NCBI GenBank assembly: GCA_964612595.1
Contig: CAZTFB010000002.1
Location: 252,933-316,932 of the forward strand
Source: an uncultured Gammaproteobacteria bacterium
GTDB taxonomy: Bacteria > Patescibacteriota > Microgenomatia > UBA1406 > HO2-37-13b
Direction: 5' to 3'
Length of the DNA stretch: 64,000 nt
Under the pieces are notes generated by a model that was given only the letters and a program-made list of their open reading frames with translations, did no database searches and was not told where the DNA came from. Positions 44,275 through 53,759 of this stretch are shown in pieces. Numbering within the stretch: position 1 is the first letter of the stretch; the number at the start of each line of letters is the position of its first letter. The translations under genes and the position numbers were made by a program.

Positions 44275-44706
44275 TTACTCCCAGCCAAATTCAGAGAAGA
44301 ATATGTTGTTTTGGGAATTTTCAATCGCGGTTTTAATATAAGGTATCGTATTTTCTGGTAATGCATCAAAAGGAAACCAATCCATATTATCACACTTATC
44401 TGGTTCAGAATTTACTGGTTCATCGTTCCACTGATCAACAATATAGAAAAAATCCATACGTATATCATTGCTTTTTCTATGCATAACATGCGCGAGCTTT
44501 ATATCGCTAGGGGCAAGCTCCACTCCTGTTTCTTCGCGAATCTCGCGCAACGTTCCTTTTGTGACGGTCTCATTTTCCTCTATATGTCCTGCGGGGAGGC
44601 CATAATAACCGTCCATGTAGCCAGTATTACAGCGCCTTAAAAGAAGAATCTTACCGTCTCGAATGAATAAACCATATCCTGAAGCAATCATTTTAAATCT
44701 ATTCAT
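44275..44706 (-). CDS. NUDIX hydrolase
   Basis: Nudix box GLPAGHIEENETVTKGTLREIREETGV. Confidence 0.85.
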   Translation of the reverse strand: MNRFKMIASGYGLFIRDGKILLLRRCNTGYMDGYYGLPAGHIEENETVTKGTLREIREETGVELAPSDIKLAHVMHRKSNDIRMDFFYIVDQWNDEPVNSEPDKCDNMDWFPFDALPENTIPYIKTAIENSQNNIFFSEFGWE

Positions 44707-44773
44707 AAAAAGAAGTATAACAATAGAGCTTCATAATTGTGATGTTTATGTAAAACCTATATAATGGTGCAAC

Positions 44774-45502
44774 ATGGCAAATGTTGATGGAAAAATTCCG
44801 TACGATAAGAGCATCATTATCTCCACAGAAACTTCTTTAGAAACACTTATAGAACTTGTCGAAGCAACAAAAGATGTAAAAGGCATTGGCGGTTATAAAG
44901 TCGGCATGCAGCTCGGACTAACAGAATCGTTAGCAAAAACGGTAGCTACGATTAAGGAACGTACCGAGCTACCTGTTATCTTTGACTATCAGAAGGCCGG
45001 GAATGACATTCCCGATATGGGAAAGGTTTTTGCGCAAATCTGTAAAGATGCCCATGTTGATTCTGCGATATTATTTCCATTCACCGGCGGTATGACCACA
45101 CGCGAATGGATAAAGGCGCTACAAGAAAATGGTACAAATGTTATGGTCGGCGCGCATATGACACATCCCGAGTTTTTATGGGATGAAGGCGGCGTCATAC
45201 ATTCAGACGGTCCGGCACGGATTTTTGAGATCGCCGCTAAAGTTGGCGTTAAAGATTTTGTCGTGCCGGGGAATAAATTAGACTTTGTTGCAATATATAA
45301 AAAACTCCTCGATACAGTTGTAGGAGCAGGCGCATATTCGTTGTACGCACCAGGATTTGTCGCTCAAGGTGGCAGTATTGCCGCTATGGATAAGGTCGCT
45401 GGTGATAACTGGCATGCCATTGTCGGCAGAGGGATATATGAAGCATCAGATATGCATATAGCAGCGGTTGAACTAACCGCAACATTAGGATTTACCCAAT
45501 AA
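44774..45502 (+). CDS. pyrF: orotidine-5'-phosphate decarboxylase-suprafamily protein (PyrF-like, atypical motif spacing)
   Basis: IFDYQKAGNDIPDMG corresponds to the D-x-K-x-x-D-I-P active-site motif, with one extra residue in each gap. The C-terminal IVGRGIYEASD matches the phosphate-gripper region. Adjacent to a PRTase gene. Confidence 0.5.
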   Translation: MANVDGKIPYDKSIIISTETSLETLIELVEATKDVKGIGGYKVGMQLGLTESLAKTVATIKERTELPVIFDYQKAGNDIPDMGKVFAQICKDAHVDSAILFPFTGGMTTREWIKALQENGTNVMVGAHMTHPEFLWDEGGVIHSDGPARIFEIAAKVGVKDFVVPGNKLDFVAIYKKLLDTVVGAGAYSLYAPGFVAQGGSIAAMDKVAGDNWHAIVGRGIYEASDMHIAAVELTATLGFTQ

Positions 45503-45505
45503 TAT

Positions 45506-46225
45506 ATGTCAGACCATCCTGAAGGACTAACAGAAGCACAAGAAAAATTAGCTGATCTTTTGTTCACAACAAAAACGCGTGCAAAAGTTCGTCGTCGCAG
45601 TGGGACACCAGGCAACTGGACCTTTTCACAGATAGAAAGAGATACAAGTCCTGTCGATTTTGCTCAAGAAGGCGAATTTGTCTTAAAACTGCACGAAACA
45701 AACCCCGACGCACCTCTGTCACCAATTTACTTTAATCTGCGCAATCTTCCTCGAGAAATTCTCGATCAAATGGCGCTTGCTATGGCAGATATTCCCGATA
45801 CCGTTACGCCAGCATTTTGTGTTGGTATTCCCCAAGCAGGCGAGCCCATTGGTCTAGCATATGCGGCTGCCACAGGAATGCCACATATTCAGATTCTTGT
45901 GAAGGAAGAAACTCCAGAAGGTAGAAAAATTATCGCATCACCGGAACATAAAGATGTAAAGGGCCCCGTGCGCATTATTGATGATTTAGTAACACAGGGT
46001 CATACAAAAATTGAAACGATCAATGCCATACGGAGTATGGGTATTGAGATAGCCGATTTGACCGTTCTTATAGATAGAGAACAGGGTGCGCGCGCAGATC
46101 TTGCAGCTGCAAATGTCGACTTGCGCGCAGTATTTACTATGCAACAGCTTCTTGACTATTATCTTCGTGTAGGCCATATTGACCAAGCTCGCTACGATGA
46201 GGTTACTGCCTATACAAAGTCATAA
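45506..46225 (+). CDS. pyrE: phosphoribosyltransferase, orotate PRTase-like
   Basis: PRPP-binding motif VRIIDDLVTQGHTKIET and an N-terminal FVLKLHETNPDAPLSPIYFNLRNL reminiscent of PyrE. 3 nt downstream of the pyrF-like gene. Confidence 0.55.
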   Translation: MSDHPEGLTEAQEKLADLLFTTKTRAKVRRRSGTPGNWTFSQIERDTSPVDFAQEGEFVLKLHETNPDAPLSPIYFNLRNLPREILDQMALAMADIPDTVTPAFCVGIPQAGEPIGLAYAAATGMPHIQILVKEETPEGRKIIASPEHKDVKGPVRIIDDLVTQGHTKIETINAIRSMGIEIADLTVLIDREQGARADLAAANVDLRAVFTMQQLLDYYLRVGHIDQARYDEVTAYTKS

Positions 46226-46346
46226 TCTGAGGCAAACATTGCTTATTTATCGATAGTACGATATAATATGAACTATTAACAGAGATACATTCATGTGCAT
46301 CTAAACCTGCCTTTGTCTGTCTCTCACCTATTTATTTTTTATACAT

Positions 46347-47564
46347 ATGTACAATTCCAGACCCTCTAGTGGGCGAAATAACCAGAATCGTAGTTACTAT
46401 CGTGGTGGCGGTGATAGCCGTGGTTTTAATAGACCTCGACGCCCTAACGTTACACGACAACAAAAGAGCTTTCAGCCTTCAATGTTTATAAAGAGTGCCG
46501 AAATGAAAGAAGAGGAAGCATATCAAGCCACCCACGTATGGGCAGATTTTGCTATTTCTGATCAGATAAAACGCAATATTACTTCTCGTGGATATACCAC
46601 TCCAACCCCAATCCAGGATCAGATCATTCCGCATTTACTCGAAGGTAAAGATGTCATCGGGCTTGCACATACGGGTACGGGGAAAACTGCAGCATTTCTT
46701 ATCCCGCTTATTGATAAAATTAGCCGCGATAATAGAGAAAAAGTTCTTATTATTGCGCCCACACGCGAATTAGCCGTACAAATCCAAGAAGAACATAGGC
46801 AGTTTGCTTCAGGCATGAATCAAACATCGGTTTTATGTATTGGCGGTGTAAATATTAAAGCACAGGTCGACAGAGTAAGAAGAGTACACCATTTTGTTAT
46901 TGGTACGCCGGGCCGTCTTATTGACCTTGAAAAACGTGGCGTGCTTCGCCTCGGTGATTATCATTCCGTTGTTTTGGATGAAGTTGATCAGATGTTTGAT
47001 ATGGGGTTTATTCATGCAATGAAATACATTATTGCGAAGTTGCCTCAACAGCGTCATTCGCTCTTTTTCTCAGCAACCCTCCCTGAGAGCGTGCGAGAAA
47101 TTACTAGTAGTTTCTTAAAAGATCCGGTGACTGTTTCGCTTAAAACATCAAATTCTACATCTGCAAATGTACATCAAGATGTCATAAAACTTAATGGTCG
47201 CAATAAAATTGATGTGCTGCACGATCTACTCATAAAAGAGGATTTCAAAAAAGTCTTACTTTTTGGGCGTACTAAGCATGGCATGAACAAGCTTGAGAAA
47301 ATTCTTTTAGATAGAGGATTTAAAGCTGCTGCTATTCATGGCAATAAATCTCAGGCGCAGCGTCAAAAAGCATTAGATATGTTCAAGCACAACAAAGTCC
47401 AAATCCTTCTTGCAACGGATGTTGCCTCACGAGGGCTTGATATTGATAATGTGTCACACGTCATTAATTATGATCTTCCTCAAACATATGAGGACTATAT
47501 TCACAGGATTGGAAGAACTGGACGTGCAAATAAGACAGGTTTTGCCTTGACGTTCATGGACTAA
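46347..47564 (+). CDS. DEAD-box ATP-dependent RNA helicase with N-terminal Arg/Gly-rich extension
   Basis: Q motif (TPTPIQ), motif I AHTGTGKTAAF, Ia PTRELA, II DEVD, III SAT, VI HRIGRTGRA. The N-terminus is SSGRNNQNRSYYRGGGDSRGFNRPRRP. Confidence 0.9.
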   Translation: MYNSRPSSGRNNQNRSYYRGGGDSRGFNRPRRPNVTRQQKSFQPSMFIKSAEMKEEEAYQATHVWADFAISDQIKRNITSRGYTTPTPIQDQIIPHLLEGKDVIGLAHTGTGKTAAFLIPLIDKISRDNREKVLIIAPTRELAVQIQEEHRQFASGMNQTSVLCIGGVNIKAQVDRVRRVHHFVIGTPGRLIDLEKRGVLRLGDYHSVVLDEVDQMFDMGFIHAMKYIIAKLPQQRHSLFFSATLPESVREITSSFLKDPVTVSLKTSNSTSANVHQDVIKLNGRNKIDVLHDLLIKEDFKKVLLFGRTKHGMNKLEKILLDRGFKAAAIHGNKSQAQRQKALDMFKHNKVQILLATDVASRGLDIDNVSHVINYDLPQTYEDYIHRIGRTGRANKTGFALTFMD

Positions 47565-48348
47565 GCACAGCACTGATTCTTTGAGCAAGTTCTTGCGGCT
47601 TTTCTAAGGGTAGAATATGATAGGCATCCTTAATGACATATAGGCTGCTGTTTGGAAGATGGGATGTTACTTCTTTTGCCATAGATGCAGTAGCAAATCC
47701 ATCGAATTCGCCATATATAAAAGCCACTGGAAGTGCATGCGGATGCAGCGATGTAGTGCGAAACAGCGTGGATGCCCATCTAAATATATATGACAGACGT
47801 GTGTCTATTGCGAACAATCTCATACATTCATTCATTGCCTGAGGCTTAGTTATACTTGCAAGGCCACCTATCATAAATATTGCCTGTTTTATGGGAAATC
47901 TTTTAACTAGAAAACATACAGCTGAGGTAAGGAATGCATACGTTCCAATGAGTGAAAAAAGTGGCCGTATGAGATTATGACTGGAAGTAAATATGGGCGT
48001 AGCTATTAAGAGAATTTTCTTTACTGGAACAAGATAGTTTTCCAACATATGAATGACTATAAGACCACTCATTGAGTAGCCGACAACATACTCGATAGCA
48101 CCTCTTTCTTCAATAAATTCACGAACAAATGCAGTAATACTTTCTATGTCTGGCGAAATTTCTATATTTTTATTGAGGCCATATCCAGGAAGATCTAGCA
48201 GTAGTACAGTATATTTTTTTGATAGTACATCAATACAGTGGTCCCAAATCTCTGATCCGACACCAAACCCATGAAGTAGTAAAAGAACTGGTCCATCTCC
48301 TATTTCTCTGAAAGAAACAAGCTTATCATTAACTCGTATTTTCTTCAT
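47554..48348 (-). CDS. alpha/beta-fold hydrolase
   Basis: Oxyanion region LLLLHGFG, nucleophile elbow GYSMSG, C-terminal DAYHILPLEKP (His). Confidence 0.75.
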   Translation of the reverse strand: MKKIRVNDKLVSFREIGDGPVLLLLHGFGVGSEIWDHCIDVLSKKYTVLLLDLPGYGLNKNIEISPDIESITAFVREFIEERGAIEYVVGYSMSGLIVIHMLENYLVPVKKILLIATPIFTSSHNLIRPLFSLIGTYAFLTSAVCFLVKRFPIKQAIFMIGGLASITKPQAMNECMRLFAIDTRLSYIFRWASTLFRTTSLHPHALPVAFIYGEFDGFATASMAKEVTSHLPNSSLYVIKDAYHILPLEKPQELAQRISAVLSP

Positions 48349-49042
48349 GGCGTCTAGACTGGGTATATGAATGATAAATGAATGTCGTTATCCATCGAAT
48401 GAGATATTCAATGGCATTTAATGGGTTTCTCTTAAATCTTCGAGAGGATATATAGGCAATGAGTGTTGGGTCATATATTATTTCTCCATAAGGATGAAGG
48501 TGCATTGCAATGTCCATATCCTCATGAACGATGCTGTTGTCCATACATGTTGCGTTGCTAATTTTTTCCCATGCTTCTTTTTGTATAGCCATGTTTGAAC
48601 CAAAAAGCGTGTTGTAACCTTGTATTTGTTTCGTGAAGAAAAAGTACAGAAGGGATTGTAATCTGGGTTTATTATTGATAATAACTAAGTGATCATAAAC
48701 CGCCCCAGGACCGCTCACTCCAACTAGTTTTGAGTTCGTCGCGAAGTGTTTTTTAATCTTTTCAATCCAGTCTTCAGGTAAGCGAGAGTCGCCATCGCAA
48801 CGCGCAATGATGTCAAACTGTGCTGCATTAAAACCTGTATTGCGCGCCCAAGAAATTCCTTGCTGTTTTTCATGCAGTACATGTACACCTGCCGCAGTTG
48901 CAATACTGACCGTATTGTCAGTTGAATTGTTATCAACAACGATGATTTCATCTGCTTGCACTGTTTGAGACTGTAGAGTTCTTATGCATTCTTCAATGTA
49001 CGCACCCTCATTGTAAGTTGGGATAACGACGGAGACCTTCAT
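48329..49042 (-). CDS. family 2 glycosyltransferase
   Basis: MKVSVVIPTYNEGAYIEECIRTL...IIVVDNNSTDNT... and a DGD motif (ARCDGDSRL). Confidence 0.85.
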   Translation of the reverse strand: MKVSVVIPTYNEGAYIEECIRTLQSQTVQADEIIVVDNNSTDNTVSIATAAGVHVLHEKQQGISWARNTGFNAAQFDIIARCDGDSRLPEDWIEKIKKHFATNSKLVGVSGPGAVYDHLVIINNKPRLQSLLYFFFTKQIQGYNTLFGSNMAIQKEAWEKISNATCMDNSIVHEDMDIAMHLHPYGEIIYDPTLIAYISSRRFKRNPLNAIEYLIRWITTFIYHSYTQSRRHEENTS

Positions 49043-49103
49043 GGTTTAATAAAACGTAATTTCAAGCTACTCATAGTGTAGCATATTGATAGTAATAAGG
49101 GAC

Positions 49104-49152
49104 TTGACAGATGTGATTGCTCTTTGGTACTATATCCCCATAGGGGGGATAT
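49104..49152 (+). promoter_or_regulatory. sigma70-type promoter (TTGACA-N18-TACTAT) overlapped by a CsoR-type GC-core palindromic operator
   Basis: TTGACA at 49104-49109 and TACTAT at 49128-49133. The inverted repeat ATATCCCC-ATAG-GGGGATAT spans 49132-49151, with the csoR ATG at 49153 two nt beyond it. Confidence 0.6.
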
Positions 49153-49425
49153 ATGGCATACAAACCAACAACAGAAAAAGAGCGCATACTACACCGGCTT
49201 AAAATTGCCCAAGGGCATCTTCATAAGATTATTTCTATGGTTGATGATGATCAATATTGTATCGATGTACTGCATCAATCCGACGCAGTCCAAAAGGCAT
49301 TACAGAATGTTGATAGTATTATTCTTGAAAATCACTTAAAAACGTGTACTGCAAATGCGATCAGCGAGGGGAGAACCGAAGAGGCGATCGCAGAGGTAAT
49401 GAATGTTTTTAAAAACAAACGGTAA
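49153..49425 (+). CDS. csoR: CsoR-family copper-sensing transcriptional repressor
   Basis: 90 aa. [36 protein letters not shown]...LKTC has the C-H-C metal-ligand pattern of the CsoR/DUF156 family. Confidence 0.85.
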   Translation: MAYKPTTEKERILHRLKIAQGHLHKIISMVDDDQYCIDVLHQSDAVQKALQNVDSIILENHLKTCTANAISEGRTEEAIAEVMNVFKNKR

Positions 49426-49426
49426 T

Positions 49427-51673
49427 ATGACAAAGAAAACTTTTGATGTAAAAGGAATGCATTGCGCGTCATGCGTATATGTTGTTGAGAAAGCTTTGAA
49501 AGGCGTCCCTGGTGTGCAGGGAGCCGTTGTAAATTTAGCTACAAACAAGGCTACCGTCGAATGCGCAACTAATGTAGAAGAAAAAATACTCACCGATGCA
49601 GTGGCCAAAACTGGCTATGCGCTTGCTCCTATTGAACATAAAAGTTCAGAGAGGACGATGCCCGCTGGTCACGATCATATGGCGATGATGGAAGCGGACA
49701 ATCTAAAAGAACACGTTGTTACTTCTATAGTGTTTGTCGCCATTAGTGTCCTGATTATGGTCATTGATCTTTTTATGATGCCAAGTCATACCGTTAAGGA
49801 ATTTTTACATCATCTTATGCCTATTATGGCAACATATATGATGTTTACAGTTGGACGACAATATATTGCTGGTGTTGGAAGATTTATTCGCTATAAACGA
49901 GCAGATATGGATGCGCTTGTTGGGATCGGAACGCTTGTTGCGTTTATATATAGCTTTGTATTAACTGCGTTTGAAGAACCTTTGAGCGCATATGTTGATG
50001 TTGAACATACGTATTATGAAATTGTTATTGTTGTTATCGGACTCATTACTCTGGGAAAATTTTTAGAAGCGCGTGCAAAGTCACACACATCAGGGGCCAT
50101 TCAAAAACTAATTGGGCTTCAAGCAAAAACAGCACGGGTCTTACGCGATGGAAAAGAACTAGATATTGCGATTGGCGAAGTTGTTGTTGGCGATCTAGTG
50201 CGTGTACGCCCTGGTGAGAAAATTCCGGTAGATGGCATTATAACTGAAGGAGCATCGACTATTGATGAATCGATGGTAACGGGGGAGAGTATGCCCATCG
50301 ATAAAACGGTGGGAGCACAGGTTATTGGTGCAACGATGAATACATCCGGGACCTTTATTATGAAGGCGACAAAGGTTGGTGCCGACTCGATGCTTGCACA
50401 GATAATAAAACTGGTCGAAGACGCGCAAGGATCTAAAGCACCCATTCAAAGACTTGCTGATGTTATTTCCTCTTATTTTGTCCCTGCTGTCCTCATTATT
50501 GGAGCGATGACGTTCTTTGGCTGGGTGCTTTTAGGCGGCCCACAGGGTTGGGTTTTTGGTCTATACAGCATGATTTCTGTGCTTATTATCGCATGTCCTT
50601 GTGCAATGGGTTTGGCTACGCCAACAGCAATAATGGTTGGTACGGGAAAAGGCGCTGAAATGGGAGTTCTAATTAAGGACGCAGAAAGTCTAGAGATTGC
50701 ACATAAAATTCAAACGGTTGTTTTTGATAAAACTGGCACACTAACAACAGGGAAGCCAGAAGTTACCGATGTTATTGCCTTAGGGAAAGATCATACGGAA
50801 CATGATATTGTACAACTTGCCGCATCTCTTGAAAAAGGATCAGAACACCCGCTTGCGGAGGCAATAATAAAAAAAGCTGCATCACAAAATCTCCCGCTCA
50901 AAAAAATAGATGGTTTTTCTGCTCGCGCTGGTCGTGGAATCGAAGGATCAATTGGAGACAACCAACTTTTCTTTGGCAACAGAAGACTTATGGATGAAGA
51001 AAACATAAGCATCTCCTCATCGATTGAATTGATCGAAAAACTTGAAGGACAAGGGAAAACAGTTATGATGCTTGGGAGAAAAGGAAAGCTTGTCGGAATA
51101 TTGGCTGTTGCAGACGTAATAAAGCCTTCTGCAAAAGAAGCTATAGAGATGCTTAATGCAAAGCATATTGAGACCATTTTGCTCACTGGAGATAATAAGA
51201 AAACCGCAAATGCTATTGCACAACAAATTGGTATTGAACGTGTGCTTGCTGAAGTTTTACCAGGTGAGAAAGAGGCACAGATTAGAAAACTACAAAGAGA
51301 AGGTCGCATTGTAGCAATGGTTGGCGATGGCATCAATGATGCCCCTGCACTCGCCGCCGCAGATATCGGTATAGCAATGGGCGGCGGGACCGATGTCGCC
51401 ATTGAGGCAGCTGATATTACACTTGTTAACAAAGATGTTCGTTCTGTAGTGCGCGCTATCGAACTTTCAAAAAAAACGATGCGCACCATAAAAATGAATT
51501 TGTTCTGGGCTTTCGGGTATAATGTAGTACTGATTCCAGTTGCGATGGGTGTTCTGTATCCATTTACAGGCTACATGTTGAATCCCATCTTGGCATCAGT
51601 CGCAATGAGTTTATCATCGATTTCAGTAGTTACGAATTCGCTCTTATTAAAAGGATCAAGATTTAAGAGTTGA
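49427..51673 (+). CDS. copA: copper-translocating P1B-type ATPase
   Basis: HMA domain GMHCASC, TGES, CPC ([13 protein letters not shown]), [26 protein letters not shown] at 49427 is 1 nt after the csoR stop; the tracked start is 49403. Confidence 0.95.
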   Translation: MTKKTFDVKGMHCASCVYVVEKALKGVPGVQGAVVNLATNKATVECATNVEEKILTDAVAKTGYALAPIEHKSSERTMPAGHDHMAMMEADNLKEHVVTSIVFVAISVLIMVIDLFMMPSHTVKEFLHHLMPIMATYMMFTVGRQYIAGVGRFIRYKRADMDALVGIGTLVAFIYSFVLTAFEEPLSAYVDVEHTYYEIVIVVIGLITLGKFLEARAKSHTSGAIQKLIGLQAKTARVLRDGKELDIAIGEVVVGDLVRVRPGEKIPVDGIITEGASTIDESMVTGESMPIDKTVGAQVIGATMNTSGTFIMKATKVGADSMLAQIIKLVEDAQGSKAPIQRLADVISSYFVPAVLIIGAMTFFGWVLLGGPQGWVFGLYSMISVLIIACPCAMGLATPTAIMVGTGKGAEMGVLIKDAESLEIAHKIQTVVFDKTGTLTTGKPEVTDVIALGKDHTEHDIVQLAASLEKGSEHPLAEAIIKKAASQNLPLKKIDGFSARAGRGIEGSIGDNQLFFGNRRLMDEENISISSSIELIEKLEGQGKTVMMLGRKGKLVGILAVADVIKPSAKEAIEMLNAKHIETILLTGDNKKTANAIAQQIGIERVLAEVLPGEKEAQIRKLQREGRIVAMVGDGINDAPALAAADIGIAMGGGTDVAIEAADITLVNKDVRSVVRAIELSKKTMRTIKMNLFWAFGYNVVLIPVAMGVLYPFTGYMLNPILASVAMSLSSISVVTNSLLLKGSRFKS

Positions 51674-51683
51674 TCAAACATCT

Positions 51684-52670
51684 ATGGATTTGTGGACAGT
51701 TTTCATAACAGGATTACTTACCGGAGGCTTGTCGTGTCTTGCGGTGCAGGGTGGCCTTCTTGCTGCTTCATTAGCACAGAGTGATGAGTATATAGGCGAG
51801 AGAAAGCTACAAAAATCGCATCATATACTCCCTATCCTATCTTTCCTTGTCGCAAAACTTATTGCCTATACTGCATTTGGATTTCTCCTAGGGTGGTTGG
51901 GTTCATTTTTCCAGCTTTCCTTAGGTATGCAAATATTTATGCAATTGTTTGTTGTTATTTTTATGTTTGGGACAGCGATGAGCATTCTCGACGTGCACCC
52001 CATATTTCGCTACTTTGTTATTCAGCCACCTCGATTCTTAACAAAGCTTGTGCGCCAACAATCGAAAAGTAAAAGTATGTTCGGTCCAGCTATATTGGGA
52101 GCGTTTACCGTTTTTATACCTTGTGGTACCACACAAGCTATGATGGCCCTTGCTATTGCATCAGGAAGCCCGATACTTGGTGCAACAATACTATTTGTGT
52201 TTGTTTTGGGTACATCTCCGTTATTTTTTACTCTTGGTTATCTTGCAAAAAGACTTGGTGCAACAACAAACAAGCGACTGATGCGTATTACCGCAGCAGC
52301 ACTTGTGTTACTTGCACTTATAAATCTAAATAATGTGCTTGCGCTTTCTGGTAGTGATCTTGCCGTATCTTTTAGTAAAACTGACAAACCTCAAGGCCCT
52401 TCAGTATCAGAAGCGGTGATCGAGTTTAATGAAACAACCTATTCACCCGACAACATTACGGTTAAGGCAGGTTCAGAAGTTACTCTGAAGCTAAAAAATA
52501 CCGCCGGATCTGGTTGTATTCAGGCGTTTACCATTCCAAAGCTTAATATTCAAACAATAGTGCCTGTAGGCTCAGAAGAGGACATAACATTTACTGCACC
52601 AAGTACTCCAGGCAAGATTGCCTTTATGTGTAGTATGGGTATGTACCGAGGTGTTATAAACGTATTGTAA
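51684..52670 (+). CDS. DsbD_2/TauE-like membrane protein fused to a C-terminal cupredoxin-like domain
   Basis: N-terminal GLLTGGLSCLAVQGGLL and FIPCGTTQAMM within about 6 TM helices. The C-terminal TYSPDNITVKAGSEVTLKLKN...GCIQAF...KIAFMCSMGMYRGVINV has the cupredoxin-like Cys/Met pattern. Sits between copA and copZ. Confidence 0.55.
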   Translation: MDLWTVFITGLLTGGLSCLAVQGGLLAASLAQSDEYIGERKLQKSHHILPILSFLVAKLIAYTAFGFLLGWLGSFFQLSLGMQIFMQLFVVIFMFGTAMSILDVHPIFRYFVIQPPRFLTKLVRQQSKSKSMFGPAILGAFTVFIPCGTTQAMMALAIASGSPILGATILFVFVLGTSPLFFTLGYLAKRLGATTNKRLMRITAAALVLLALINLNNVLALSGSDLAVSFSKTDKPQGPSVSEAVIEFNETTYSPDNITVKAGSEVTLKLKNTAGSGCIQAFTIPKLNIQTIVPVGSEEDITFTAPSTPGKIAFMCSMGMYRGVINVL

Positions 52671-52671
52671 T

Positions 52672-52887
52672 ATGAAAAAAATTACCTTAAAAATAGATGG
52701 AATGCACTGCGCAAGTTGTCCCATTATGATCGATGGAAAACTTGAGGATGAGGTAGATGGTGTGGTGAGGGCGGAAACGCACTATGCACAACAGCTTTGT
52801 GAGGTTGAGTACGATGAAAACAAGACGCACGAAAAGGCGATCTTAAACGCTATTCAGAATATAGGCTACGCTGCTGAAATTATTTAG
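52672..52887 (+). CDS. copZ: copper chaperone CopZ (HMA domain)
   Basis: 71 aa with GMHCASC in a beta-alpha-beta-beta-alpha-beta-size protein. 1 nt after the preceding stop. Confidence 0.85.
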   Translation: MKKITLKIDGMHCASCPIMIDGKLEDEVDGVVRAETHYAQQLCEVEYDENKTHEKAILNAIQNIGYAAEII

Positions 52888-53242
52888 TGTCTTCCCAAGG
52901 CGACATGAGCTGAAAGTAGTTGCCATCAGGATCGGCAAATGTCGCAATCCACATCCCACCCATTTCGTAAGGTTCTTTCACGACCTCAGCGCCTAACTCT
53001 TTAATGCGCTCGAATTCTTCTTTAACCTCTGTTGTTTCGAAATTTATTATGATGCGTGCAGGATTTTCTGATTTTCCTACGGCTTCTGAATGTTCGCCGA
53101 CAGAAAGAAAGCTGTTTCCGACTTGCCAGCCAGACCAGTTTCCTTCGGTCATATCTGCAGGCTTGCCGAAGACCTTTTCATAAAATTCGGCCATAACTTT
53201 GGGTTGCATGGATCCTACCATGATTGAGTTTAGATTAAGCAT
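52880..53242 (-). CDS. VOC/glyoxalase-fold family protein
   Basis: 120 aa with paired beta-alpha-beta-beta-beta-like halves (VGEHSEAVGK...RIIINFE...GGMWIATFADPDGNYFQL), typical of the glyoxalase/bleomycin-resistance fold. Confidence 0.55.
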   Translation of the reverse strand: MLNLNSIMVGSMQPKVMAEFYEKVFGKPADMTEGNWSGWQVGNSFLSVGEHSEAVGKSENPARIIINFETTEVKEEFERIKELGAEVVKEPYEMGGMWIATFADPDGNYFQLMSPWEDTK

Positions 53243-53344
53243 ATCTATTCATTATAGCGAAATATCTGAAGAATAGTGAATCAATGCAGCATTCACCCGA
53301 AATGTATCCGAACTCATGCTGCACGACTCCACAGTTAACGAATA

Positions 53345-53656
53345 TTAATAATTTCTTCGGTTTCCACCAAATCGATTATTTTCTCCTCGAAAATTGTCTT
53401 TATTTTCTCTTGGTTTAGCAAGGTTGACCATTATGTTTCTACCTTCGACTTCTCTACCATCCATTTCTAATGCCTTTTGAGCATCTTCTTCGTTGGTGAA
53501 TGTGACGAATCCGAAACCTTTTGAACGTCCTGTATCTCTATCAGTAATGATAATAGCTTCAGTTATTTCACCGTATTGAGCGAAAAGTTCTTTAAGTGCT
53601 TCACTGGTTAATGACCAAGGAATGCCTCCTATAAAAAGTTTATTTTTTGTATCCAT
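53345..53656 (-). CDS. RRM-type RNA-binding protein with Arg/Gly/Asn-rich tail
   Basis: RNP2 KLFIGGI and RNP1 SKGFGFVTF. The C-terminus is FRGENNRFGGNRRNY. Confidence 0.85.
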   Translation of the reverse strand: MDTKNKLFIGGIPWSLTSEALKELFAQYGEITEAIIITDRDTGRSKGFGFVTFTNEEDAQKALEMDGREVEGRNIMVNLAKPRENKDNFRGENNRFGGNRRNY

Positions 53657-53759
53657 GTATATTCACCTACTTTCTGTATGGGTAATGAGTAACCTCTCTG
53701 TGAGCTTTATATGTGTTTATGTAGATATAAAGGTAAGATAATAATATGTATATTATACA

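Noticed and set aside
50791-51489. 232-aa minus-strand ORF inside copA (also 50119..50445 and 50195..50449)
   Set aside because: It lies antisense to a motif-perfect P-type ATPase. Its Ser/Ile/Ala-rich low-complexity product is typical of shadow frames.
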